NCBI GenBank assembly: GCA_963701075.1
Contig: OY969559.1
Coordinates: 1,760,001 to 1,824,000 of the forward strand
Reading direction: 5' to 3'
DNA: 64,000 nt
DNA from: an uncultured Nitrososphaerota archaeon
GTDB taxonomy: Archaea; Thermoproteota; Nitrososphaeria; Nitrososphaerales; Nitrosopumilaceae
Positions 41,562 through 51,323 of the stretch are shown piece by piece. Under the pieces are notes generated by a model. That model was not told the DNA's origin, did no database searches, and saw nothing but the letters and a program-made list of their open reading frames with translations. Every line of letters starts with the position of its first letter. The stretch's first letter is position 1. The position numbers and the translations under genes are program-made.

Positions 41562-41656
41562 GCCGGGGTAGCTCAGCCTGGCCTAGAGTGCCAGTCTCCA
41601 CAAAAAGGACAATACTCATAATCTGGAGGTCGTGGGTTCGAAACCCACCCCCGGTA
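41562..41656 (+). tRNA. tRNA-Met(CAT), elongator type, with ~19-nt non-canonical intron in the anticodon stem
   Basis: Acceptor GCCGGGG/CCCCGGT, T-arm GTGGG TTCGAAA CCCAC; removing ~41595-41613 restores CCAGA-CTCATAA-TCTGG. Confidence 0.85.
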
Positions 41657-41739
41657 TACATTTTTTTTAACATGTAATGATTTCATTTGCAGCAAATCTC
41701 TCAACCCAACAGATTAAAGAATAGTTCAGTGCGAATACA

Positions 41740-43010
41740 GTGATACGAAGGAGATCATTCCAAAGGGAAACATTGGCATACTGGTTATTACTACCTCAAT
41801 TGGAAGCATAGGCAACATAGCACTCTCATTTCTGCCAATCTACTTTACCTCACTTGGCGGAACAGTTCTCCAATATGGAATAATTACCACATTTGCGACA
41901 CTCATTGGAATACCATCAACTATTTCAGGCGGAATCATTACCGGGCGACACAGTCTCAAAAAGATTGCAATCCTGACTTCATGGATAGGGCCTGCCATAC
42001 TTCTTGGCTATTACCTCTCAAACAGCTGGACTGTGCTTTCAATTCCCATATTGATTGGGGCAGTAGGGGCAATTAGCTCAACAGCTTGGCGACAGCTAGT
42101 AGCTGACGCCACAATACAGAAAAGCAGAACTGCTCAGCTCTCACTTTACCAAACACTTACCACAATACCCCTAATCTTTGCACCCCTTGTTGGCGGGTAT
42201 TTGGTTCACACGATGGGAACAGTCGAGGGATTCAGGCTTGGGGTGTTAATATCACTTGCAATATCGCCAATTTCCACCATATTACTAGTCAAGTTTTTGC
42301 GCGAAAAAGATCCAAGATCGTCACATGATGAATCAGAACAGCCACTGTTACACAATATCAAAAAACAAGCGCCTCTTGAATCAGCATTTCGTTACTCAAA
42401 GGATTTTTGGTCCAATCTGACTACGTTACCAAAGTCACTGGTTCCGTTGCTTTCAGCCTACGTGTTAGTTATCGTAGCAAATTCAACAACAAGTCCTTAT
42501 TTGATATTTTATGGCATCACCGTTGCAAAGCTTGATAGCTTCCAATGGGGAATAATACTTAGTATGCAGATCTTGTTTGCAAATCTAGTTAGAACACCTC
42601 TTGGAATTGTTTCAGACAGGTTTGACAAGAGAAAGATGTTATTGCTGTCTGTCATCACAACTGCACCGCTCTCGATATTTCTTATCCTTGAGCATTCGTT
42701 TTGGGGCATACTTGCAATATTGCTTGCAATGATTGCAACAGGCGTCAATTATGGCCCAACACATGAGGCTCTTCAAATTGAGTTGACGCCGAGGGCAAAG
42801 AGGCCTGCTCTGTTTGCCATGTATGACGTATTAAGAAATGTGTCAGTGTCTGCTGGAACAATCATGGGAGCCATACTTTTCACCATAAACTATGCATTAC
42901 CATTTTACAGTTTTACCATAATAGAGGGATGCGCGGGAGCAATCATAGCTTGCGCATTTTTCTTAAAACCTGGAAAACAGAGATCAGTTACAACACCGCA
43001 AAAATCCTAA
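41740..43010 (+). CDS. MFS transporter (5' part extends upstream of the tracked ORF)
   Basis: Multiple TM helices, G..SDRFDKR motif; upstream frame open and hydrophobic; start uncertain. Confidence 0.8.
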
Positions 43011-43771
43011 CTAGGATACAATGATTGTATAGTATTATAAAAATTCTGAAGGTCGGCAATGGAGCTTGCATTAATATCTCCAAGCTGTCCTAGGCCATTT
43101 CTTCTTGATAGAACCGCACTCCATTGTTCTGTGTACCTGCCTGTAACGTCTTCTATCCTGTCTGGAGAAAATGCAATAACATAGACATATTGTTTCTTCC
43201 AGTTTTGTTCATAGTAGTGGGGATTGTCAAACGAGTGCGGATATTGAAACGTAGAATCTACATGAAACCACTTGCCATCAACAAATACCTCATTCCAGCA
43301 ATGATCAAGGTAGTCATATGCTATTCTAGACTCGATTGACACCGAATTTAGTATGGCACCAAAGAGTATAGACCATTCACCACATCTTCCATACCTAGTC
43401 TCGGCAATTTTCAATACATCGCTATATCTTGGAATTATTTTTTCTGCTCCACATTTACTGCAAGTATGAATCTCTGTCTTACGTATCCTCCAAGAATTTC
43501 CTGCCTGCACTTTAACTTGCATCAAGTTTTTCGAATCATCATCAGCATTACAATTATTGCAGGGAATTTGATTTGGAGTCCAAGTCATAAAACCCACAAA
43601 CCATTTCAAAAGCGATGGCACCAAATCCTTCTCCCCTAGTACATCTGCAGGTATCAAGTTCCTGACAGATCTTAAGACTTGAGGATCCTTGTACTGACTT
43701 GTCATAGTCTTGTAGAATAAGAAAGAGTTCCTGATTGTGTCAAAATCAAGATTAGAACAGCTTGATTGCAT
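43007..43771 (-). CDS. Peptide:N-glycanase-like transglutaminase-fold protein
   Basis: LLKWF..FMTW, two CxxC, PRY, ETRYGRCGEW, DHCWNEV, W.HVD, YEQNWKK, DVTGRY. Confidence 0.8.
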   Translation of the reverse strand: MQSSCSNLDFDTIRNSFLFYKTMTSQYKDPQVLRSVRNLIPADVLGEKDLVPSLLKWFVGFMTWTPNQIPCNNCNADDDSKNLMQVKVQAGNSWRIRKTEIHTCSKCGAEKIIPRYSDVLKIAETRYGRCGEWSILFGAILNSVSIESRIAYDYLDHCWNEVFVDGKWFHVDSTFQYPHSFDNPHYYEQNWKKQYVYVIAFSPDRIEDVTGRYTEQWSAVLSRRNGLGQLGDINASSIADLQNFYNTIQSLYPS

Positions 43772-43813
43772 GTTTTCTTGATATACAAACAGAAAGATAT
43801 GTTTTTTCTAGAT

Positions 43814-44794
43814 TTAGACTGTAAGTACGTCCTTACCGGACTTGTTTATTATGGTAACATGTTTGTTCATCAGCTCTTTTGTAGGTATTACCACGCTTTC
43901 ATTTTTCTCATTTGTTACAATAATGTGCAACAATTCGGAGGCCGTAATTGTTCCTGCTATATCTCCAATCTTAATTTTTTGACCTACTTTGAATATCGTT
44001 CTTTGTGTAGATGCGCCAGCTATTGCTGCTGGTAACACATCCTTTAGAGTAAATCCCAGACCTATGGCAATAGCGACTCCTACTGCTATTGCAATACTCC
44101 ATGAGAATGCGGCCACAAGTGTAGGTATTATTGATTGGCCAACCCCAATTTGTGTTAGTCCCACTGCAAAGACAATACTGTAAATCACTGTCTTTACTCC
44201 CACGCCTATGTATCTTGAACCTCCGTAATGTCTAACCATGAGTTCATGGTTTACCCACTTGATCACATAGTTTGCAATAATAGAACCTATCATGACAATG
44301 AGTACGAAAGCAAGTAGGTTTGGAATCCATAACCAAAGTGATGTCATTGCGGTAGTAAGTTGTTGTAGTTGTAATGCGTTAATTGCTGCCACTATAAAGA
44401 AAAGATAAACGAACCACCTTATTGTTGCTGAAATCAGGTGAACAGAGTCAAATTTACCCATGGTTTCTTCGACCAAGTGAACCTCTGATATGCTCTGCAA
44501 GTTTGTTTTTTGCATGAGTTTCTTTGCAGCTTTTTCTACTATCCTGCCCACTATTTTTCCTATAACAAATCCAATTGCCAAGAGAACACCAGCCGCAATT
44601 ATTTTAGGAGCTGCTCCTGCTATGGAGTTAGCAAAGGTTGTCAATGCAATAGTTTCTGGAGTATAGAATGTGCTACCAGGAGTGCTAGTTTGGGCATAGG
44701 CCAAGTTTGCACTCAGACCTAGTGCTATTACAGAAAATATCATCATACCGTATATTGGCAAAGCTAAACTAGATTTTTTTGGATTAAAGATCAA
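43814..44794 (-). CDS. MscS-like mechanosensitive channel / TM-helix repeat protein
   Basis: WIPNLLAFVLI repeats, KVGQKIKIGD. Confidence 0.8.
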   Translation of the reverse strand: MIFNPKKSSLALPIYGMMIFSVIALGLSANLAYAQTSTPGSTFYTPETIALTTFANSIAGAAPKIIAAGVLLAIGFVIGKIVGRIVEKAAKKLMQKTNLQSISEVHLVEETMGKFDSVHLISATIRWFVYLFFIVAAINALQLQQLTTAMTSLWLWIPNLLAFVLIVMIGSIIANYVIKWVNHELMVRHYGGSRYIGVGVKTVIYSIVFAVGLTQIGVGQSIIPTLVAAFSWSIAIAVGVAIAIGLGFTLKDVLPAAIAGASTQRTIFKVGQKIKIGDIAGTITASELLHIIVTNEKNESVVIPTKELMNKHVTIINKSGKDVLTV

Positions 44795-45149
44795 TATGTT
44801 CTCTCATCTTTTCATAACTATTTCTACATAGACGTGAAGACTCTTCTTACAGCGTGCTAAAATCTTCTCAACCTAAGATTTTGAGCGCGATTTTTTTCAG
44901 ATTTTGCCAAACTTTGAAAGATTAAATCTTCTAACATGGCAGGATAAAGAAAAAATATTTCACACTAACAAGAACAGAATTAGAAATAATACAGTGAAAT
45001 TTTTAGATCAGATACAAAGTAATTTTGATTAGAAACTAAAGTTTCAAGCCATTTTGTAGTATTTTTGACATATTTGTTGTTTTTTTGATCTTTTAACAAT
45101 ATTTGATGCCAAAGTTAATGTTAAATGGGTTTAGATTGTCAAATTTGGG

Positions 45150-46340
45150 ATGGACGAGTTTGAAGAATTTGCCTTTGCTCTTTTAGACCAACTTTCAGTA
45201 GAATTAAGCGAAGAAAATACGATAAAAGAATCCCAATCAAAGGCTGTTGAGGCCTTTGCCTCAAAGATATCTTTTGAGGACATCAAGGAAATATCAGAGA
45301 GACTGTTTTCTGACAGTGCCCAAAAAGTGCTTGAATTTACTGGAATTTCAGTTCCAGATAACACCAAAGTTGAGTCTCCAGATTTGATAGAATTCAAGCG
45401 CTTAAAGGGTCGCAAGGTCTTCCCTACAAGAAATTCCTCTTCATTTGTAGACGAACTCTTCACTTCAATAGCACATGAAGATACTAAGAAAATAGCACAA
45501 CTTGCAAAGAACAATACTTCACAGTTTCTTGTGTATTCCACGTATGCCAAAGGATACATTTCACAGATATCTACCACCTACGGGGACTTTTACGAGTCAG
45601 TAATATACCTAAACAGATTTGTCCTTTCAGGCTATCCACAAATAATTTTGCACAAGCGGGGAGTTCCATACGAATCTAATTTTGATCAAGTAAATTCAGG
45701 ATACATTGGAGCCTTGAAGATGACCATGTTGGAAGAGCAGGTTCATTCTGTCCAGAAGAATCTCTACGAAACAAACAAGAATGCAGTAACTATGGTAAAT
45801 GAGATCAACGAAGAACTTGCAAACATAATACTGGCACTTGATAGCGCCAAAATAAAGGTGCTTTATGAATACCTGCAACTTCCCCCCGTACCAGATGAAT
45901 ATCCAATAGCGCAAAGAGCAAATCTCTTTTTTACTCTAAATCCTGACAACTTTATCGTCCGAGTTCTTGGACCAGATGTAATGACATTTACCAATGTCTC
46001 AGTTGACCCAAAGATACTAGAAATGATTCCTCAACTGCTAGATGTTTATCAGAGATGGCTCAAGCCCATACAAATTCATCATGCAGCATTTACAATCATG
46101 GAAGGAATGGCTGAGTTTGCAGTTAGAAGCATACTAAGAGATGACAAGGACTTTCACAACTACCTGACAACATTTGCAAACACAGACATATCTTCGTATC
46201 AGGTAAGAAAGAGCATTGGCATGGATTTCACAGAATATGTGTCAGCCAAGATTGGCAAAGGCACGTACAAGAGATTAATTGATGATCCCCCTACAACAAG
46301 AGAGCTCAAAAATCCTGAAAGCTATCTTAAAAGACTATGA
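45150..46340 (+). CDS. Conserved hypothetical protein, zincin-like
   Basis: LEEQVHSVQ and MEGMAEF resemble degenerate zincin motifs. Confidence 0.55.
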   Translation: MDEFEEFAFALLDQLSVELSEENTIKESQSKAVEAFASKISFEDIKEISERLFSDSAQKVLEFTGISVPDNTKVESPDLIEFKRLKGRKVFPTRNSSSFVDELFTSIAHEDTKKIAQLAKNNTSQFLVYSTYAKGYISQISTTYGDFYESVIYLNRFVLSGYPQIILHKRGVPYESNFDQVNSGYIGALKMTMLEEQVHSVQKNLYETNKNAVTMVNEINEELANIILALDSAKIKVLYEYLQLPPVPDEYPIAQRANLFFTLNPDNFIVRVLGPDVMTFTNVSVDPKILEMIPQLLDVYQRWLKPIQIHHAAFTIMEGMAEFAVRSILRDDKDFHNYLTTFANTDISSYQVRKSIGMDFTEYVSAKIGKGTYKRLIDDPPTTRELKNPESYLKRL

Positions 46341-47158
46341 ACGATTTTGATCCATTTGTAGCAGAGTGGATTACTTATGCAAGGAATCCTAGATATTCCC
46401 TTGTTGAAAAATGCCTGAAACTTGCTCAGACTCTAGAGTTTCCTGATCTTAACCTAAGCCACTATATTCAAAAACTAAATTCAATGGGAGAAGAGTTGCG
46501 AAATTCTGTGTCCGATGTGAAAAATCCAACATACTTGATTTCCATGTTAAACGAATACATGTTTGATAACCTTGATTTTCATGGGGACAGTGATGATTAC
46601 TATAACCCCAGAAATAACTTTCTAAATGTAGTAATTGATAAAAAAAGCGGCATCCCAATCACGCTGTCAATAATTTACATTCATCTTGGCAGCCACATAG
46701 AATTAGACCTAAAGCCTGTTGGCTTTCCAGGCCATTTTCTGGTAAAATATTCAGAAGAGATGATACTAGACCCTTTCAACGGAGGCATGTTGCTAGATAT
46801 CGACGATCTGCAAGATATACTTGATACTACATATGGAGAAGGCATACAGTTCAGCCCAGACTACCTAAACGAGATAGAGCCAGAAAACATACTGATCAGG
46901 ATTCTAAAAAATCTAAAAAATTCCTACATGCAATCTTTCAACTACAAAATGGCCATGCATTGCATAAACATGGTTCTAGGACTGGTTCCTGATTCTCCAG
47001 ATGAAATTAGGGATAAGGGAATTGTACAATCAAGATTACTTCAAAACGATCTTGCCTTACAGTCACTTGAAAGATATTTGGAGTTAGCACCTGAAGCAGA
47101 CGATGTTGATCATGTCCTAGATTTGATAAGAAGCATCAAGGAAAAAACTAATCAATAA
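46337..47158 (+). CDS. SirB1-family transglutaminase-like protein with TPR
   Basis: YYNPRNNFL..VID, GIPITLS, FPGHFL, EIRDKG. Confidence 0.85.
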   Translation: MNDFDPFVAEWITYARNPRYSLVEKCLKLAQTLEFPDLNLSHYIQKLNSMGEELRNSVSDVKNPTYLISMLNEYMFDNLDFHGDSDDYYNPRNNFLNVVIDKKSGIPITLSIIYIHLGSHIELDLKPVGFPGHFLVKYSEEMILDPFNGGMLLDIDDLQDILDTTYGEGIQFSPDYLNEIEPENILIRILKNLKNSYMQSFNYKMAMHCINMVLGLVPDSPDEIRDKGIVQSRLLQNDLALQSLERYLELAPEADDVDHVLDLIRSIKEKTNQ

Positions 47159-47393
47159 TTGATTTAATGTCAGTTCCTCTCTTGATCAGCCTGTGTTCGT
47201 ATCTTACTATCTTGTTTCTCATTGTGCCTTTTATAATATCCACTTCGTGTCGGAGTGTTGCTACTTCATCTTCAAGTCTCAGCTACTCGCTCGTAAATGG
47301 ACTCTTCTGCACTCTCTGCCATTACCCAGTCTGCACTGGATTTGATCTTAAAAATTTATGGTTTATTTTGTTGAGGGTTTTGTCAGTATTTTG

Positions 47394-47558
47394 CTACAGG
47401 TCAAACTCTGAATTGCATGCCTGGCACTTGCCTTTCTCGCTGCCAATCACGCCTATAATCAAAATTTTTCCTATGGTACCGCATTTAGGACACAACCCCG
47501 TTGTAATGTTCTTTGGACCGCTTGTTCTTGGCTTTACTGTTTTTCTCCTTACCATTAT
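47394..47558 (-). CDS. Small zinc-ribbon protein
   Basis: CPKCG...CQAC; likely starts at MVRRK. Confidence 0.55.
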   Translation of the reverse strand: MMVRRKTVKPRTSGPKNITTGLCPKCGTIGKILIIGVIGSEKGKCQACNSEFDL

Positions 47559-47610
47559 TGGAAAGAATCTCAAATTCGGTTTATTAAGTCTAAGTATGGA
47601 TCGCAGAAAG

Positions 47611-47694
47611 CGCGGGGAGTGGGATTTGAACCCACGGGTCCTTGCGGACATGGGATTAGCAATCCCACGCCCTACCAGGCTAGGCGACCCCCGC
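47611..47694 (-). tRNA. tRNA-Ser(GCT)
   Basis: Reverse complement gives GCGGGGG acceptor, TGGGA-TTGCTAA-TCCCA anticodon arm, long variable arm, TTCAAAT loop. Confidence 0.93.
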
Positions 47695-47924
47695 ACAGAT
47701 GTGCTGAAATTTAAACTGTTATTATATTATTGCTAGTCCAAGCTTAAATTATCTGTGAGGCATAATAGAATCGTTGTTCCTTGCCTGATTGATTCCCTTT
47801 GGGTTGAAGGCTTCTTTTAGAGGTTTTTTATTAGTGTTAAAGTCGCTTCTTTTAGGTTTTTATCAACCATAACAAGTATACTAGATTTACTGTTTATTAT
47901 GTATACTTTCTATTTTCTTAGATG

Positions 47925-48449
47925 TTAAGTAGTACTCAAATACATGACAACCTGCCCATTTCTTAATTTTCTAGTAGTTTCAAAGAAATATTGTTGATAA
48001 TACAATGCCCTGGCTTCGGTTGTTTGAAGTGTTATACATGCACAGGCTACCCGTTCGTTGAATTTGCGAGCAAGACCAATACAATGCTTACATATTGCAT
48101 CCCCTATTTTTCTGCCTCTGTATTTTTTATCAACACTCATCTGACCTATCAAAAGCGCAGGATAATGGGCAGTCATTTCTTTTACCTGTCTTGATCGCGG
48201 TACTTCTTCTAATCCAATTGAACTCATAGATAAAGTGAAGAAGGCTACAATTTTCTCCTCATACTTGACTCGCCATAAAGATGTAAGATTGTTTTTACTG
48301 TATATCAGAGCCTTTGTTACTAGAAAGTCCTGAACTCCTAACGGATCTGTTCCATCTAGTTCGGTACAATCAAGAATAGAAATATCGTCTCCTGCAGAAA
48401 CAATATCGATATCCAAATCATCCGGGTTTATTTTTTCTGGCAATGCCAA
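47925..48449 (-). CDS. GNAT acetyltransferase toxin (AtaT/TacT-like)
   Basis: IVAFFTLS, YPALLIGQMSVDKKYRGRKIG, A...YY...F. Confidence 0.75.
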   Translation of the reverse strand: MALPEKINPDDLDIDIVSAGDDISILDCTELDGTDPLGVQDFLVTKALIYSKNNLTSLWRVKYEEKIVAFFTLSMSSIGLEEVPRSRQVKEMTAHYPALLIGQMSVDKKYRGRKIGDAICKHCIGLARKFNERVACACITLQTTEARALYYQQYFFETTRKLRNGQVVMYLSTT

Positions 48450-48465
48450 ATAGGGTTAAGCAGAC

Positions 48466-48630
48466 CTATATTTTACAATGTTTAGCGTATACCTTGTCTG
48501 CTTCTGCATACAGGTTTAACTCTTCTGGAGTTCTTTTTCTGGACAAGTGTTCTAGAAATTTCTTTGCGTCCTTACCTTTTAGGTGCAGGATCTCATCACT
48601 GGTACTGGGTTTTACTTGTCTGGTTGCCAT
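48466..48630 (-). CDS. Putative antitoxin for the GNAT toxin (54 aa; not in ORF track)
   Basis: MATRQV...ILHLKGKDARKFLEHL...; resembles the C-terminal half of DUF1778-type antitoxins; directly upstream of the toxin. Confidence 0.55.
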   Translation of the reverse strand: MATRQVKPSTSDEILHLKGKDAKKFLEHLSRKRTPEELNLYAEADKVYAKHCKI

Positions 48631-48686
48631 GTTCACTATATTGTAATATAGCGGAATATATTAATATATTAATAGTCAATCGCTGC

Positions 48687-48731
48687 GTCTCAATTCACCC
48701 CGTCATCTGACGATGACACCCCTCTTGAGAC
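48687..48731 (-). repeat. Hairpin motif shared with the integrated element (6031-6069)
   Basis: GTCTCAAGAGGGGTGTC-[loop]-GACGGGGTGAATTGAGA present at both loci. Confidence 0.85.
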
Positions 48732-49039
48732 CGCTTTTTGTCTAATGACAAAATCCTCGCTCGCCTCTAACACCAGGCTTGTAAAACTCGCTTGGTGTTT
48801 TTTGCGGGTCCAAAACCGAGGCTCATCGAGGTAGAGGTAAAATTTCGTAGTTCGTTAGCCAATTCACCTGGATGTTTCCTCATGGCATTACCTCCGAAAT
48901 GTATCAAACATAGAATAGACATGATAGAGACCCATAAGGGTGCGTTTGACCCTAACGCATTTGATTCTAATGCATTTGATACGGGTTATCAATGTCCCAA
49001 ATGTATGGAAGAATCGAAAAAATAGTTACAGCGTCAGTT

Positions 49040-49348
49040 CTAAATTTGCTCTAATTTCTTAGCATCAAAGAACATAGCATGACCACAATCATTACATGTC
49101 AAGACAACTAATGCCATCCCAGACAAATAATCAAACGATTTATCTTTATTAATTCTTAATGTGACTCCAAGATCTTCCCACAAAGTCAGTTTAGGAGCCT
49201 GTGGAATATTTGTTGACATAAATGAACTACTTAACGTATAAGGAGAATAAAGAGGGGCTGGATTAATTAATTGTGATGAGCAACAGGGACACTTGAGATT
49301 AGGTGCTTTTGTCTTTATCCAACTTTCTATTTTATCTTTATCTACCAT
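49040..49348 (-). CDS. Zinc-ribbon hypothetical protein
   Basis: CPCC...CNDCGHAMFF. Confidence 0.65.
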   Translation of the reverse strand: MVDKDKIESWIKTKAPNLKCPCCSSQLINPAPLYSPYTLSSSFMSTNIPQAPKLTLWEDLGVTLRINKDKSFDYLSGMALVVLTCNDCGHAMFFDAKKLEQI

Positions 49349-50257
49349 CTAATTCTGGCTCACAAAGGTTATGCTGTCATCAAAGGCTTCATTCCATCTG
49401 CGCCCAATAAATTTTGTATCTTTGTTTTCTCTCTTTTGCTTTACATATTTTATAAAATCTTCATTGGAACCGATGTATCCTACCATTGCATTAGTCTCTA
49501 TTATTGGATTCCAAATATGTGTGTCGTTTGGGTTAGGTCTTACTCCAATTATTAGTACTTTATTTGCCTTACCTATGCTAGTCAACCAATTTTGTTGAAT
49601 TTTTCCAATTACCGAGGGAGATATCTGCGTTGGTTTTTTATCCATGTATAAACACATTGCAGGATAAAGTGCTGTGCCCGAAAGACAAAATTGGATTGCC
49701 TCATTTGGCGAAACTGCTTGTATGTTTGAATTAAAAGATACACCTGAACCGTAACTTACGCCACTTCCAGCGTGTATGTTTACTGGGATAAAATTGCAAG
49801 ATCCGTGTAACTTCCAAACTAACATTGAATTTTGAATGGGGCTGTCAGAAAAATAATTTACCTGTAAACCACTAGAGGTTATTGCTAGTTCTAATAGAAC
49901 ATCATAATTAAGCGAACTCATGGCTATCTCATTTGCATTTTGTTTTATACTTTCAATGAATCTGAAGTAGAGATTCTGACTAGGGTTATTTTGTCGAAAT
50001 TGTGCAAAATAAAGTGTCAAATGTCGCATAAGTAAACCGACATTATGTGAATGATTTTCCCAAACTAATTTCATTCCTTCCTCAAAATTATCCTGAAATT
50101 TTGTATCAATATCATGAGGTAAATTTCCCCACGTTGAGGGAAAGTTCTTTTTAAGTATTGTATAAAGGTCAGCTCCCAGTGGTGTAGCATGTGGAAAAAC
50201 ATCATTAGAACCATAACTTGCCCCAGCACCAAATAGAACTACAGTATTAATTGTCAT
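49349..50257 (-). CDS. SIR2-like protein (putative defence NADase)
   Basis: LFGAGAS, SLNYD.LLE, KLHGS, LIIG. Confidence 0.8.
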   Translation of the reverse strand: MTINTVVLFGAGASYGSNDVFPHATPLGADLYTILKKNFPSTWGNLPHDIDTKFQDNFEEGMKLVWENHSHNVGLLMRHLTLYFAQFRQNNPSQNLYFRFIESIKQNANEIAMSSLNYDVLLELAITSSGLQVNYFSDSPIQNSMLVWKLHGSCNFIPVNIHAGSGVSYGSGVSFNSNIQAVSPNEAIQFCLSGTALYPAMCLYMDKKPTQISPSVIGKIQQNWLTSIGKANKVLIIGVRPNPNDTHIWNPIIETNAMVGYIGSNEDFIKYVKQKRENKDTKFIGRRWNEAFDDSITFVSQN

Positions 50258-50316
50258 AATTTTCAGTCTTTTTTATACATAAAGGAATTATTAAATACAA
50301 TAATTGCTTCTATGCC

Positions 50317-50469
50317 ATGTTGGATAGAAATACTCTTACATGTCCTAACTGTGGCAATGTTTTCCAATCACCAGTTCAATTTGGAAGTGGAGTCACAATT
50401 GGTAGTGGTGTATCAGTAGGTGCAAGCTGCCCAAGATGTGGACATCAATTTAGTACTCCTCTTGGTTAG
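50317..50469 (+). CDS. Small zinc-ribbon protein (50 aa; not in ORF track)
   Basis: MLDRNTLTCPNCGNVF...SCPRCGHQF. Confidence 0.55.
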   Translation: MLDRNTLTCPNCGNVFQSPVQFGSGVTIGSGVSVGASCPRCGHQFSTPLG

Positions 50470-50478
50470 CCAATTTGG

Positions 50479-51225
50479 CTATTCTTCACCAAAACGCTTG
50501 TAGTTTTCAACAAGGTCCTTTAGTGGCATTCTCTTTCCACCTACAATTTTAAGGTCTACCTTGATCTTGCCTTTTTCAACAGTAATTATGTTGTAGGTAT
50601 TTTCAAAAAGACCTCGTACTCTTTCTGATGCCGCAGTTCCAGCGTTGGCAATTGAGATGTGTCCAAAATGCCAGAACCAAGGCCTGTGTTTGTGGCCACA
50701 CATTACCAAGTCTATCTTGCTTGCAAGCGCAGTACGCAATACGTCACCTGAATCAATTACCGTAACCCTGTCGGTTCCCGTGTCAGGCACGCCAATCAAA
50801 TGATGATGCATTGCAAGCATCTTTGTCTTGCCTTCATACTTTTTCATAGTACGTTCAAGCCAGAGATTTTGTCGGTATCCAACCTCACCCTCATCCCGAT
50901 CAGGTCTTGCGGTACCAAGAGTTACCAGTATTGTATTTTCATCCAATTCGTTTACGGAATCGATGGGAAAGAATTTTTTGAACAATAGGTATCCGGTATT
51001 TCTATAGTCATGGTTGCCGCTTATTGCAATTATTTTGTCTGTTTCAAATTTGGTAAACTTTTCCTTGCATCTTTCGTATTCTTTGAGTAAACCCTCATTA
51101 GTCAGATCGCCTGTTACTACAATAGCAGAAGGCTTGAGATCATTGACTTCTTGTATCACCTGGTCGAAGACCTCCTCCTGAAATTGCGCCCCCACGTGAA
51201 TGTCTGAGATTTGAACTATTTTCAT
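50479..51225 (-). CDS. Metallophosphoesterase
   Basis: SDIH, GDLT, GNHD, HH, GHKH. Confidence 0.9.
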   Translation of the reverse strand: MKIVQISDIHVGAQFQEEVFDQVIQEVNDLKPSAIVVTGDLTNEGLLKEYERCKEKFTKFETDKIIAISGNHDYRNTGYLLFKKFFPIDSVNELDENTILVTLGTARPDRDEGEVGYRQNLWLERTMKKYEGKTKMLAMHHHLIGVPDTGTDRVTVIDSGDVLRTALASKIDLVMCGHKHRPWFWHFGHISIANAGTAASERVRGLFENTYNIITVEKGKIKVDLKIVGGKRMPLKDLVENYKRFGEE

Positions 51226-51323
51226 GATTTTATTATTAACAAATTATTGTTTAAGCTTTGGGTTTCTCGGTCTAATTCCTGAAAAAATTTTCCAGTAGAG
51301 TTAAATATACTCAGCTTATCACC

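Noticed and set aside
47167-47736. 189-aa plus-strand ORF (and ORF 41414..41677)
   Set aside because: They overlap tRNA genes and opposite-strand small genes; shadow ORFs.
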